In this document: one piece after another, positions 1 through 10,296 of the stretch
How positions within the stretch are numbered: position 1 is the first letter of the stretch
Layout: every line of letters begins with the position of its first letter
DNA from: Vulcanisaeta sp. AZ3
GTDB lineage: Archaea > Thermoproteota > Thermoprotei > Thermoproteales > Thermocladiaceae
Assembly: GCA_000960865.2 (NCBI GenBank)
Contig: JZWU02000002.1
Span: 1-64,000 of the forward strand
Reading direction: 5' to 3'
DNA length: 64,000 nt
The notes under the pieces: generated by a model
The model's database searches: none
The model's input: the letters and a program-made list of their open reading frames with translations, nothing else
Told to the model about the DNA's origin: nothing
Made by a program: the position numbers and the translations under genes

Positions 1-98
1 AATGAACATTTAGCAATCGAGGTTACAAAATGCCTATCCTTACTCTGCAACCGATTAAGCAAATAATTAGCCAGGTCCATTATCTCCTCTAAACCCAT
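1..98 (-). CDS. 5' part of a probable second Cas4-like/PD-(D/E)XK protein, truncated by the window edge
   Basis: ATG at 98 overlaps the upstream TAA (TAATG). Reads MGLEEIMDLANYLLNRLQSKDRHFVTSIAKCS; 'FVTSIAKC' resembles the N-terminal Cys motif of Cas4 proteins. Confidence 0.5.
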   Translation of the reverse strand, partial: MGLEEIMDLANYLLNRLQSKDRHFVTSIAKCS

Positions 99-928
99 TA
101 CCAAATCACCCTCACTCCAGCCTTTGTTAATTCCCGCTTCATATAATCCAAGTAATTCTCAAGCAATTCCTTCGCGGGTAAAATAGTCTCGTGCGAGCTC
201 CTAGACCTCATTACGCATATATCACTAAACCTACAGACTTTACATGAGGTCGTCTTAGTTACCAAGGCACCAATATCACCACCCTCCGCAGCCTTAACCC
301 AAATCTTAAAGGCATATATGACTGGATAACCAACCTCCGGAATCACCTCAATGGGTACTATATTACGTAATATACCATCATTAAGTACCATGTACATAAC
401 ATAGGTATTTTTCTTACCAGCAGCTGAGTAAAAACCAGCCTGTATGAGATCATGCAATAACCTTGTCTTTGTAACCCTACTAATCACAGTCTTAAATTCC
501 AAGTAATAATCACCACAATCCAAGTCCGGCTTCCCCCTCAATGTCCATGAACCATGCACATACATAACCTCAACCCCATCAATACACTTACCACTAAGCC
601 TATTCTTCACCTCCGTGACAGCCAAACTATGTATCATCTTACCTAATAGATGCATTACTATATCACCCCAATCAATACTTGGGGTCCTACCCATTAAATA
701 ATAACTCGGTATTAAGGAGCACTGCGTGAATAAGCCCACTGGCACATTGCCAGGACTTATCTTAACCATGGAGTCCCTTATCTCATTAAAAATAACCCTA
801 CTCAACCCAACCTCCCTATTAACTGCATCACCAACCTCTTTCATTATGCTCGTTATTGAATAACCCTCCCTTACCAATCTCGTTACTTCCCCAACAACAC
901 TCTTTAAGGTATCAGTTAATTGACTCAT
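98..928 (-). CDS. Cas4-like PD-(D/E)XK nuclease with predicted 4Fe-4S staple (no CRISPR array in the window)
   Basis: N-terminal Cys (FTQC), GKMIH, RGKPD...LEFKT, QAGFY and C-terminal CKVCRFSDIC. TATA-like TTTAAA about 25 nt upstream of ATG 928. Confidence 0.75.
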   Translation of the reverse strand: MSQLTDTLKSVVGEVTRLVREGYSITSIMKEVGDAVNREVGLSRVIFNEIRDSMVKISPGNVPVGLFTQCSLIPSYYLMGRTPSIDWGDIVMHLLGKMIHSLAVTEVKNRLSGKCIDGVEVMYVHGSWTLRGKPDLDCGDYYLEFKTVISRVTKTRLLHDLIQAGFYSAAGKKNTYVMYMVLNDGILRNIVPIEVIPEVGYPVIYAFKIWVKAAEGGDIGALVTKTTSCKVCRFSDICVMRSRSSHETILPAKELLENYLDYMKRELTKAGVRVIW

Positions 929-995
929 AACGATAACATCGAAAGACACCCTTTAAATATCTGTCTAGCTCTAGACTCAATAATATCAACGCCCA

Positions 996-3002
996 TTAAG
1001 TAAGAAAGTATGATCTCTTCATAAAATCCTCATACTGACTAAGCAACTCCTTACTCAATGACGGACGAACCCTACCCAAGGCATACTCAAAATCCTCCCT
1101 CTTAATCATAATCCTCTCATCACCACCCAAAACCCTATCTAAAGCTCTCATCTTAGCCTCCCTAACCAAAGCCGCAATATCCGCACCACAATAACCCTCA
1201 GTCCTATCAGCAATCCAATCAATAACCTCATCCTCAACCACGGCATTCCTAATATGAACCCTTAAAATCTCACGCCTAGCCTCACGATTAGGCGGCGGTA
1301 TATACACAACCTTATCAAACCTACCAGGCCTAAGAAGAGCAGGATCCACAGACCAAGGCCTATTAGTAGCAGCAATAACAATCACATTACCCAACCCCCT
1401 CAACCCATCCATCTCTGTCAATAACTGAGAAATCGCATTAGCCCAAACAATACCCATCGGCGAATCCCTCGGCGGCGCCACGGAATCAATCTCATCAATA
1501 AATACTATCGCCGGAGCATTCTCACGAGCCCTATTAAACGCATCCTTAATAATAGACGCTGCTCTCTCAGGACCCACCCTAGCCAACTCAGCACCACTCA
1601 ACTCCAGGAAATTCGCCTTTAGCATATTCGCCGTAGCCTTAGCCAACAAAGTCTTACCCACACCAGGAGGACCGAAAAAGAGTATCCCGTGAATAGGCTC
1701 AATACCCAACCTCTCCAGAACCTCCTTTTTCTGCATAGACGCAACAACGTACTTATTAATCAAAGCCTTAGCCTCCTCTAAGTCACCAACATCATCCCAA
1801 GTAACCTCCGGAATCCCAACCTGGGGCTTCTCATAAGTCCTAAGCCTATCATACTGAAGCCTAAAGGCTTCATACCTCTCGAGCATGTCATACGTAAGAC
1901 TCGGCTTATACTTACTAATAATTCTCTCAAGATCCTCCTGAGTTATTAACCTCCTCTCCTTAGCAGCCTCAAGAACTGCAGTCCTAACAACATTCATTAT
2001 ATCAGCACCCGTAAACCTATCCGTCAACTTAGCCAACTTAGCATAATCAATAACACCCTGAACAGGCTTCCCCCTAAGCAATGACTCAAATATCCTAGCC
2101 CTAACCTCCTCACTCGGTGGCGGTACGTAAATCACCTTATCAAACCTACCAGGCCTAAGAAGAGCAGGATCAAGTAGGTCTGGTTGATTAGTAGTACCTA
2201 TTATTAATATACTCTCATTACTCTTACTAACACCATCCATTTCACTAAGCAATATATTCAACAGCCTCGGCGTCACATCATCACTCACATACCTAGTCCT
2301 AGCCTTACCAATAGCATCAACCTCATCAATTATAACCACAGACGGCGCATACTCCCTAGCCACCCTAAACAACTCAGAAAGCCTATTCTCACTCTCACCA
2401 TAATACTTACTTAACAATTCACCTAAATTCATTATTATAGTCGTCCAACCCAACCTACCCGCCATCGCCCTAGCAAGCATTGACTTACCCACACCAGGCG
2501 GACCAAAGAATAACACCCCATGTATTGGCATCAACCCATACTTCTGCGATATATTAGCATTCCTAAGCGGCATTAACACTGAAGACTCAATCTCATTCTT
2601 AATATCATCAATCCCAACAGCACTATCCCAATCCCCAGCCATCACCTTTAACTCATCCTTATTCGATATCAATTGATAACCCCGCTCAAGCATTACCATA
2701 GATTTCTTCCTCTCCTCCTCAAACCTAATCTCCACAAGCCTGAAATGCATTATAATCGGGAGTATTGTTAAACTAAGCAGAAGGGCTGGGATCAAACCCA
2801 TAACCAAAGTATTAACATTAATACCCTGATAAAGACTGAAATATGGATTTACATAATAAAGAAGACCAGTTAACAAGGCATAAGCGCCCATAGTACCAAC
2901 AGCCGGTGCAAAAAACCTAACTACATAATTACCATGAGCCCTCAACCTACTCGAAACCACATAAGCGCCATAAGCCGCAAGCGCCATAAGCAGCGGCAAC
3001 AC
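996..3002 (-). CDS. CDC48/VAT-type double AAA+ ATPase with N-terminal TM helices; probably one gene with 2942-3646 (frameshift)
   Basis: Two GPPGVGK(S/T) Walker A motifs, IIDE/FIDE Walker B, and DPALLRPGRFD SRH in both modules; hydrophobic N-terminus. Confidence 0.9.
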   Translation of the reverse strand: MLPLLMALAAYGAYVVSSRLRAHGNYVVRFFAPAVGTMGAYALLTGLLYYVNPYFSLYQGINVNTLVMGLIPALLLSLTILPIIMHFRLVEIRFEEERKKSMVMLERGYQLISNKDELKVMAGDWDSAVGIDDIKNEIESSVLMPLRNANISQKYGLMPIHGVLFFGPPGVGKSMLARAMAGRLGWTTIIMNLGELLSKYYGESENRLSELFRVAREYAPSVVIIDEVDAIGKARTRYVSDDVTPRLLNILLSEMDGVSKSNESILIIGTTNQPDLLDPALLRPGRFDKVIYVPPPSEEVRARIFESLLRGKPVQGVIDYAKLAKLTDRFTGADIMNVVRTAVLEAAKERRLITQEDLERIISKYKPSLTYDMLERYEAFRLQYDRLRTYEKPQVGIPEVTWDDVGDLEEAKALINKYVVASMQKKEVLERLGIEPIHGILFFGPPGVGKTLLAKATANMLKANFLELSGAELARVGPERAASIIKDAFNRARENAPAIVFIDEIDSVAPPRDSPMGIVWANAISQLLTEMDGLRGLGNVIVIAATNRPWSVDPALLRPGRFDKVVYIPPPNREARREILRVHIRNAVVEDEVIDWIADRTEGYCGADIAALVREAKMRALDRVLGGDERIMIKREDFEYALGRVRPSLSKELLSQYEDFMKRSYFLT

Positions 3003-3646
3003 ATAAGTACTAGTCCAAGTAGCAAAACCCTAACAGCCGCCTGCCCAAGCCCTGAGAAACCCAGGCTTAAACCACTCAAGGCATTACCCACACTGGCAGC
3101 CGTAAGCGTACTCAGCGGCTGTACTTGACCAGTCACATGGCCAAACCAAGGCATCACTGAGGCATCAGCATTGAGGAGTATTAGAGTCGGAATGTAAAGC
3201 ACTAGGAATGTTATTAATGACTTCAACGGCATCACCCTCCTAGTAACGCCAACCGTAAGACTTGGCGACGTCAGAATTACAGGTATGGACAACACATAGA
3301 ATGCATTAGGCACTATAGACAACTCCCAAGCAAGCATACCAACACCCACACCCAACCAATCAAAAGCCTCAATAAGCACAAGAAGAATCAAAATAAGCAA
3401 CAAAGCACCCAAAGCCGCATACCTATAAACATAGAGCAAAGCCGGTATTAAAATTACAACCATCACCGCAAAGGCAAGCTTCGTACGCCCTGAATAAGCC
3501 AAGGCCGTAGCGACAATAACTATTAACACAGCAACAGGCAATGGATAAAAAGGAAAATCCCACACCAAAGCCATCGCAGAGACTATTAAGTAAAGTACAG
3601 CCGTAAATAACCTCGACATTTCACGCAACGCCCTAGTACTAACCAC
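2942..3646 (-). CDS. Polytopic membrane domain, probably the N-terminal part of the AAA+ ATPase
   Basis: About 6-7 hydrophobic segments. One extra base in the run at 3024-3030 fuses it in frame to 996-3002. Confidence 0.7.
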   Translation of the reverse strand: MVSTRALREMSRLFTAVLYLIVSAMALVWDFPFYPLPVAVLIVIVATALAYSGRTKLAFAVMVVILIPALLYVYRYAALGALLLILILLVLIEAFDWLGVGVGMLAWELSIVPNAFYVLSIPVILTSPSLTVGVTRRVMPLKSLITFLVLYIPTLILLNADASVMPWFGHVTGQVQPLSTLTAASVGNALSGLSLGFSGLGQAAVRVLLLGLVLMCCRCLWRLRLMALMWFRVG

Positions 3647-3744
3647 ATCACTACCATTATGAGGACCCTTAATAAAATATCAATTAAAATCGCCAATTAC
3701 AACAAAACGAAAACCTCACCTTGAAGAACAAGGAAGAAACTAAC

Positions 3745-4050
3745 CTACTGCGCCTTCTTCTCAGCCCCCTTCTCCTCCGGAACGTTTAGGGTAACCTTCA
3801 CAGTACCATCACTATACTTCGTAACCTTAACCTCAACCCTCCTCGGCGGCTTCTCAATACTCCTCGACCAAACATAATTATTAACATCATTCTCAACCCT
3901 AACCTTACTAGGCTCAACCCTCATATGCCTAGCCACAAAACTCCTAATCAACCTAATGGCATAGGGAGACCTCTTAGTCCTAGAAACCTCCCTAGTCCTC
4001 CTAAGGTTAATCACATAAACTCTCTCAACCTCAACCTTAGCCTCACTCAT
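3745..4050 (-). CDS. rpl31e: 50S ribosomal protein L31e
   Basis: ERVYVINLR...RTKRSPYAI...[15 protein letters not shown] signature; start at MSEAK. Confidence 0.95.
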   Translation of the reverse strand: MSEAKVEVERVYVINLRRTREVSRTKRSPYAIRLIRSFVARHMRVEPSKVRVENDVNNYVWSRSIEKPPRRVEVKVTKYSDGTVKVTLNVPEEKGAEKKAQ

Positions 4051-4083
4051 CAAGGCACAGGAAATGAGCAAGATTAATAAGCA

Positions 4084-4911
4084 TTATTTTTCCCTAAAAC
4101 CACTAAGCAACTCCAGAACCCCAGCCCTAACATAATCCTCATTACCGAACCCCATCACAGTCAATAATTCATAGAGAGACTTAACAGCTGAGGAAACAAC
4201 CAATGGAGTCCTCGTATCCCCAGCAGTCTTAACCGCATAATGCACATCCTTAGCAGCCAAGGCCAACGTGAATGACGGCGATGACCTAGGACTCACCATC
4301 CTATCCAAGTACTTCTCAGCAATCTCCCTAAACACAGTTCTCCTCAGAAGGTCCTTGAGGACACCATCATCAATACCGTAGGTCTTACCAAGCACAACAT
4401 ATTCGCCCAATAAAGCCATTGAACCTATAAGAAATGCATTATAGGCTAACTTCAATGCCATCGCAGACTCAGCAGTTGGCAATCTAATCACAGCACCCAA
4501 CTTATCAAAAACACCCTTAACCCCCTCATAAGTAGCCTCAGAACCCCCAACTAAATACACAGCCGTACCCTTCTCCACATCACCAGGTCCACCAACAACC
4601 GGCGCAGCCAAAAATCCAACACCCGCATCTCTAAGCCTAGCACTAAATGAAGCAACCGCAGCAACACTATATGTACCCGACAAGGCCACAACCTCACCAC
4701 CAACACCCCTAACCATACCTAACGCATTATCATCAGAGACAAAGACAAACACCAAACCCCTAGCTTGAGAAATATCATCAAGAGGCTTAGCCGGTAAGTC
4801 CTTAAGCTTCTCCTTCGTCCTATTCCACGCATACACAGTGAAGCCTTGACTAGCCAACCTCCTAACTAACGCACTACCCATCCTACCCGTACCAACCACA
4901 GTAACATCCAT
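4084..4911 (-). CDS. NAD(P)-dependent beta-hydroxyacid dehydrogenase (3-hydroxyisobutyrate/6PGDH family)
   Basis: VGTGRMG Rossmann motif, WNRT, APVVGG, catalytic KLAYN. Confidence 0.85.
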   Translation of the reverse strand: MDVTVVGTGRMGSALVRRLASQGFTVYAWNRTKEKLKDLPAKPLDDISQARGLVFVFVSDDNALGMVRGVGGEVVALSGTYSVAAVASFSARLRDAGVGFLAAPVVGGPGDVEKGTAVYLVGGSEATYEGVKGVFDKLGAVIRLPTAESAMALKLAYNAFLIGSMALLGEYVVLGKTYGIDDGVLKDLLRRTVFREIAEKYLDRMVSPRSSPSFTLALAAKDVHYAVKTAGDTRTPLVVSSAVKSLYELLTVMGFGNEDYVRAGVLELLSGFREK

Positions 4912-4957
4912 ACGATTAGTGAATTCTAGAGCCGAATTAAAAAGTATTATGAATGAA

Positions 4958-5506
4958 TTAACTATTTGATTCAGACCCTTGATTTAAGGATACATTAATC
5001 TTCATTAATGAGAATATATCATCCTCCCTAATCACACTAACACCCGTCGTGCTCGGAAAAACCTCCACCTGTATAACCTTATCAGGATTCTCAAGCCTAA
5101 CCTTATTACTAATCCTAGAGGCTATTGAATCTATAATATCCATCCTATCCAAATCAACACCCCTCTTCCTAACCTCAACCTTATACGTCTCACCAGCACC
5201 CAAGTACCTACCCGCCAAATCAACAGCAGCCTTCGCAATAGCATCCAAGTCCGTCCTAACAGTCCTCATTATAGGAACAACCTTAAGCACAAAACGAGGC
5301 ACATAACGACCACTAACCACTAACTCCTTAACTCTCCTCGTGAATTCCACAGGATCCCCATCAACATAACCAGTTATCAAACCATCAAACCCCGTAAATG
5401 ACGTCTGAGCAATCCTCATACCAATCATATCACCTATATACCTAATCTCATCAGCAGCCCTACCCTCCAACCTCCTCCCTGTGGATATCACAAGGTTAAA
5501 ATCCAT
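4958..5506 (-). CDS. THUMP-domain RNA-binding protein
   Basis: TYKVEVRKRG...KVRLENPDKVIQVEV THUMP signature. Confidence 0.85.
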   Translation of the reverse strand: MDFNLVISTGRRLEGRAADEIRYIGDMIGMRIAQTSFTGFDGLITGYVDGDPVEFTRRVKELVVSGRYVPRFVLKVVPIMRTVRTDLDAIAKAAVDLAGRYLGAGETYKVEVRKRGVDLDRMDIIDSIASRISNKVRLENPDKVIQVEVFPSTTGVSVIREDDIFSLMKINVSLNQGSESNS

Positions 5507-5644
5507 AACAAAAACTCAACACCCCAACCTAAACACTAATTTATAAACCACACCTATTTCGAGATTATTAACACCCTTAATCCTACAGCGAATCAACAAA
5601 AGGTAATGCTTTTAAGATAAGCAATTAAGACTCAACGATCAAGC

Positions 5645-5752
5645 ATGAACAGACTACTTATGGAGGAAGAGGAATGGGGTGAAGGTGAAGGAGAAGGAGA
5701 AGAGGAAGAGGAATGGGAAGAATTCGAAGAGGAATGGGAGGAAGAATTATAA
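5645..5752 (+). CDS. 35-aa acidic Glu/Trp micro-protein (not in the ORF track)
   Basis: MNRLLMEEEEWGEGEGEGEEEEEWEEFEEEWEEEL*. TATA-like TTTTAAGA about 30 nt upstream; mixed GAA/GAG codons. Confidence 0.65.
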   Translation: MNRLLMEEEEWGEGEGEGEEEEEWEEFEEEWEEEL

Positions 5753-5795
5753 TCATTATTAAACACAACCCATTAAAATAGAAAACCCACCCACT

Positions 5796-7001
5796 TCACA
5801 CCTCAGCATAACTCAATTGACTAAGCACATAAGCCCTAACATCACTATCACTCGGCATAGACTCAACAGCCTTACCATCCTCCACAAACCTCCTCAAAAG
5901 AGGCACAGGCCTAGAATTATCCGGACAAGGTGCAGGCTCCGAATCCCAGGGAACAACCTGATCATTAAGCGTATCCCCACACCTATAAACCTGCTTAAAG
6001 CCCGGCAACTTACCACGCTTTGTAATTGGAACCCAACGACTACTCTTCTCATCATAAGCCTCCACAATATCCATACTAATATCAACACTCGGCGGGAAGG
6101 CTATTGAAGTGCCAACGCCGAGCATATCCACAATATCCCTAAGCCTAACAACCTCATCCTCATCCACACCACCACTAACAACAATCTTAACATTCCTATA
6201 CCCAGCCAAATCAAGAGTCCACCTAACCTCACGCACAATAGCCTCCATACTACCACGCCTACTACTCGGCGTATCAAGCCTAACACCAAACAACCTATCA
6301 CCAAGCAACTTAGCAGCTAACATAGACTCTTCACGCTCGTCAAAGAAAGTATCAGCCAAAACAATCCTAGGAACACCACTCGGCATCACCTTATCAAACC
6401 ACACCCAAGCCATCGTATGATCCCCAACAGCATGCCTAAACACAATCATTAACGCATGAGGCATCGTACCACTCGGCTCAATACCAAGCAACTTAGCCCC
6501 AATCACACCCGCAACACCATCACAACCACCTATATACGCCGCCCTATCAACCATAGGCTGAACTGCTGGATGAACAACCCTAGCGCCAAAGAATAGACAG
6601 ACCTTATCACCAGCAAGCCTCTTTATCCTAGCAGCCTTAGTAGCCACTGAACTATAATGCCTCAATATACCTAGAAATGTAGTTTCATAAACAGCAAAAT
6701 CAACATAATTCCCCTCAACCACCATAACAGGCTCACCAGCCTTAAACAAAGTCCCCTCAGGCATCGCATATATAGTCACAGGCAACTCCTTAGCCGTCAC
6801 CAAATTAACAACCTCCCTCAAACCAGCAAAAACAGCCCACTTATAATCCCTGGGTAAATTAACAACATGAAACTCAGCCCTAACCCTAACCCTATCAAGA
6901 CCCGCAGCCTTAAGAACATCAACAGTCCTATTGAAATAAATATCCGTAGCCTCACCATTAAGAATCTCCTCATCCCTAGCAACATAAAACAACCTATCCA
7001 T
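5796..7001 (-). CDS. pncB: Nicotinate phosphoribosyltransferase
   Basis: [33 protein letters not shown]; start MDRLFY. Confidence 0.9.
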   Translation of the reverse strand: MDRLFYVARDEEILNGEATDIYFNRTVDVLKAAGLDRVRVRAEFHVVNLPRDYKWAVFAGLREVVNLVTAKELPVTIYAMPEGTLFKAGEPVMVVEGNYVDFAVYETTFLGILRHYSSVATKAARIKRLAGDKVCLFFGARVVHPAVQPMVDRAAYIGGCDGVAGVIGAKLLGIEPSGTMPHALMIVFRHAVGDHTMAWVWFDKVMPSGVPRIVLADTFFDEREESMLAAKLLGDRLFGVRLDTPSSRRGSMEAIVREVRWTLDLAGYRNVKIVVSGGVDEDEVVRLRDIVDMLGVGTSIAFPPSVDISMDIVEAYDEKSSRWVPITKRGKLPGFKQVYRCGDTLNDQVVPWDSEPAPCPDNSRPVPLLRRFVEDGKAVESMPSDSDVRAYVLSQLSYAEV

Positions 7002-7108
7002 TGATCGAAATAGGCACCAGCAAATTTTAAGCTCTACACTGCAAAAACTGCCATGACAAACAGAAACTGCACTATTAATTTTTAAGAAACAACCACCTAA
7101 CCACTCAA

Positions 7109-7294
7109 TCACGCAGCCTTATACTTCCCATCAGTCTTTACTACCTTCCCATCCTTCACTAACCTCGTCAACTGGGCCTTAACAACATTAAGCCTCTCCT
7201 CACCAACAGCCCTCGCTATCTCCTCAACAGCAAACTCCTTATCCTTATTACCCGTAAGATAATCCAGAATCTTCTTCTTTATACCCTCGACCAT
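7109..7294 (-). CDS. Small basic winged-helix DNA-binding protein (61 aa)
   Basis: ILDYL...VEEIARAVG...[14 protein letters not shown]...KY wHTH pattern; TATA-like TTTAAAAA upstream. Confidence 0.75.
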   Translation of the reverse strand: MVEGIKKKILDYLTGNKDKEFAVEEIARAVGEERLNVVKAQLTRLVKDGKVVKTDGKYKAA

Positions 7295-7536
7295 ACAATA
7301 TGAAAGTATTTTCTAGTTTTTAAAGACACCGCTTACATATTTTGTGAGACGCAATCCATAACTCATTAAACTAATTAATAATATAAATTAACATACTTCT
7401 AATTAAAAACCAGAAATTTACCGCAAAACCACTGCAACCCCCTCTATTAATAACACATAAACCCATGAAAAATACCATAACCTCTACTCATTATTCACAT
7501 GTAAAAAGAGATTTACACAAGAGAGATTGCTTTTAT

Positions 7537-8580
7537 ATGCCCAAACTAGCACTCAAAACTGAAGTGCAAGAGTTCAGGGCATATTATGATAATGGAATTG
7601 TAATAGAATACAAAAGCAAGAAAATAATCATCGACTCACTAAAAAGACCAACAAAGCCATACGACGCAATACTAATAACCCACGGACACAAAGACCACGT
7701 AAACCCCAAAGCCCTCCACGGAGCCTACCCAATAATCATGAGCGAAGAAACAGCCACCATAATCAGAATCCGCGACAATGAAAGACTCAGGTACATAAAG
7801 GCCAACCCAGGCACTAAACTAACCATTAACGACATCACAATCGAAGCCTTCAACGCCGGACACATAATCGGCAGCCTATCCTACGTCCTCGACTTTAAAG
7901 ACCTTAGGATTGGAATCACTGGGGATTTTAACGTCGAATCCTCAATAATACTAAACGGCAACAAAAGCCTACCCGCAGACATCATAATAATGGAAGCAAC
8001 GTACGGAGACCCCGACTACGTATTCCCAAGCAGAGAAACAATATACAACGAATTAAAAACCATAATCGAGAACAACACAAAAAGCGGTAACGTACTCCTA
8101 ATGGGCCAACCACTAGGTAGAGGACAAGAACTAACCGCCCTGCTTAAGGACTACCCAATCTACATAGAACCCAACATAAAGATACTAAACAACGCACTCG
8201 GCCTCAAGTACGGCAAAGTACTCAGCGACTTACCCGAGACAGGCTCAATAATCATAACGGGCACACAAAAAAACTCCATGAATACAATCAACATACTAAA
8301 AACCAAATACAGCTTAACCAAAACCATTGCACTAAGCGGCATGTACGCAAGAGAATCAAGAACCAACAGACTTAGAGCCCTTGGCATTGAGGCAATCCCA
8401 CTAAGCAGCCACTCCGACTTCCCAGGCCTCGTGGATTTCGTACTCAATAGCGAGGCCAAATTCATCTACACTGTTTACGGAAACGCCGTAAAATTCGCCA
8501 AATACCTCAGGAAAGAGCTCAACATCATGGCAAGACCCCTCCCCACACCAAATCAATTAAGCATTGACTCCTTCCTATAA
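7537..8580 (+). CDS. MBL-fold/beta-CASP nuclease
   Basis: THGHKDH, AGHIIGS, TGDF, MEATYG, GRGQE, LSSHSD. Confidence 0.85.
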   Translation: MPKLALKTEVQEFRAYYDNGIVIEYKSKKIIIDSLKRPTKPYDAILITHGHKDHVNPKALHGAYPIIMSEETATIIRIRDNERLRYIKANPGTKLTINDITIEAFNAGHIIGSLSYVLDFKDLRIGITGDFNVESSIILNGNKSLPADIIIMEATYGDPDYVFPSRETIYNELKTIIENNTKSGNVLLMGQPLGRGQELTALLKDYPIYIEPNIKILNNALGLKYGKVLSDLPETGSIIITGTQKNSMNTINILKTKYSLTKTIALSGMYARESRTNRLRALGIEAIPLSSHSDFPGLVDFVLNSEAKFIYTVYGNAVKFAKYLRKELNIMARPLPTPNQLSIDSFL

Positions 8581-8611
8581 ATTTAAAATCACCAATAAGG
8601 AGCAGGACCTA

Positions 8612-9418
8612 ATGAGTAGGGTAATAACACTACTCACAGACTTCGGTTATGAATCATACTTCGTACCATCAATGAAAGGCGTAATACTAAGCCTAAACCC
8701 AAACGCCACAATAATCGACATAACCCACGCAATACCACCCTACAACATAATAAAAGCAGCATTCACCCTATGGGCCTCGTATAAATACTTCCCAAGAGGC
8801 ACAATACACGTAGTAGTCGTAGACCCAGGCGTAGGCACCACAAGAAGAGCCATAACCATAAAAACAAGGAATTACTACTTCATAGGCCCAGACAACGGAG
8901 TCCTCATGATGGCAGCCGAAGACGACGGAATAGAAGAAATAAGAACCATTGAGGAGAAAGCCTTCATGAGGCCCGCAATTTCTAGTACATTCCATGGACG
9001 CGACATATTCGCACCAACAGCCGCATACCTAAGCCTCGGACTAGACCCATCACAACTAGGCCCCAGAATCACCGACCCAATAAGGCTACCCACACAAACA
9101 AACACCATAACCAAAGGACACGCAAAAACCCACATAATCTACATCGATCACTTCGGAAACACATACACAAACATAAAAACCAACGACCTACAAACACTAA
9201 ACCTCAACTACGGAGACACAATAAGCATAAACATCCCCAAGAAAAACATCGAAATCAAGGCCAAGTTCCTGAGAAGCTACGGATACGCAAACGAAGGCGA
9301 AACCCTAACCCTCATAAACAGCGAAGGATTCTTAGAACTATCAATCAATAAAGGCAACTTCGCAGGTAAATACGGCGTAGAGGAAGGCGACGAAGTAGAG
9401 CTCACAGTAATTAAGTAA
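8612..9418 (+). CDS. SAM hydroxide adenosyltransferase (DUF62, chlorinase/fluorinase family)
   Basis: LLTDFG, VVDPGVGT, GPDNG, STFHGRDIFAP, IDHFGN. Confidence 0.92.
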   Translation: MSRVITLLTDFGYESYFVPSMKGVILSLNPNATIIDITHAIPPYNIIKAAFTLWASYKYFPRGTIHVVVVDPGVGTTRRAITIKTRNYYFIGPDNGVLMMAAEDDGIEEIRTIEEKAFMRPAISSTFHGRDIFAPTAAYLSLGLDPSQLGPRITDPIRLPTQTNTITKGHAKTHIIYIDHFGNTYTNIKTNDLQTLNLNYGDTISINIPKKNIEIKAKFLRSYGYANEGETLTLINSEGFLELSINKGNFAGKYGVEEGDEVELTVIK

Positions 9419-9962
9419 CAACACCATGCGAAACCAACTCAAGCAACTCCCTAAAATTCCTAACCAAAATTGCATCATCAACAAAATACTGCCTAGGCAC
9501 CCTACCATTAACCACATTCACATTCTCCATCATAAGCAAACTCATCTTAACACGAACACCACCAATCGAATAACCACCCAACGAACCATCATTCCTAACA
9601 ACCCTATGACAAGGCACAATAACAGGCAACCTATTAGCACCAGCCAACCTACCCACAGCCCTAGGACTAGTATTCAACAACTTAGCAATCTGCGAATAAG
9701 CAGCAACCCTACCCTTAGGAATCGACAACATAGCCAACTGAATAAGACCAAGAAGCCCAGAACCCAACTCCACATACCTAACCAACTCCTGAGGCCCCAA
9801 CAAACCATCCAAATACCTCATTACCAAATCTATGAACTCATCACGAACATCAATACGCACACCATCAACACCAACCCTCAACCTAACCAACTGAATCCTA
9901 CCATCACTAGCACAAACCTCAAGCACACCAATCCCCCTAACCGGCAAAGCAACACAACGCAT
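9411..9962 (-). CDS. ogt: Methylated-DNA-protein-cysteine methyltransferase
   Basis: YSQIA..., PRAVG, active-site PCHRV. Start codon uncertain. Confidence 0.9.
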   Translation of the reverse strand: MRCVALPVRGIGVLEVCASDGRIQLVRLRVGVDGVRIDVRDEFIDLVMRYLDGLLGPQELVRYVELGSGLLGLIQLAMLSIPKGRVAAYSQIAKLLNTSPRAVGRLAGANRLPVIVPCHRVVRNDGSLGGYSIGGVRVKMSLLMMENVNVVNGRVPRQYFVDDAILVRNFRELLELVSHGVVT

Positions 9963-10014
9963 CCACAGTACTTTTAGCAAAAAGCCCTTAAAAACCCTGA
10001 CCCGTTATTTAACT

Positions 10015-10296
10015 GTGATCGTTAAGGTTAAGCTCGTAGGAGTCCTCAAGGCATTAGCACTAGGCAAGGACCAACTAGAATTCAACAACATCAACAACAT
10101 TAGAGACATAATCAACAACTTAAGGACAATAAATGATAAATTATTCAAGAGAGTCCTCGACACCACAAGAGGCGAATTAATGCCAGACATCTACATAGCC
10201 ATCAACGACACAGACATAAGACTACTCAAAGGCCTAGACACACCAGTCAAAGACGGCGATGAGGTTTTAATACTAGCCTACATACACGGCGGATAA
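10015..10296 (+). CDS. Ubiquitin-like Urm1/SAMP/MoaD-family protein
   Basis: Beta-grasp pattern, IND.DIRLL.GLDT, C-terminal IHGG. Confidence 0.9.
   Translation: MIVKVKLVGVLKALALGKDQLEFNNINNIRDIINNLRTINDKLFKRVLDTTRGELMPDIYIAINDTDIRLLKGLDTPVKDGDEVLILAYIHGG

Noticed and set aside
9426-9977. 183-aa Q/N/T/H/P-rich + strand ORF, and similar ORFs at 11603, 12059, 13501 and 17071
   Set aside because: Antisense or alternate-frame shadows of real genes; the extreme skew depletes stop codons.
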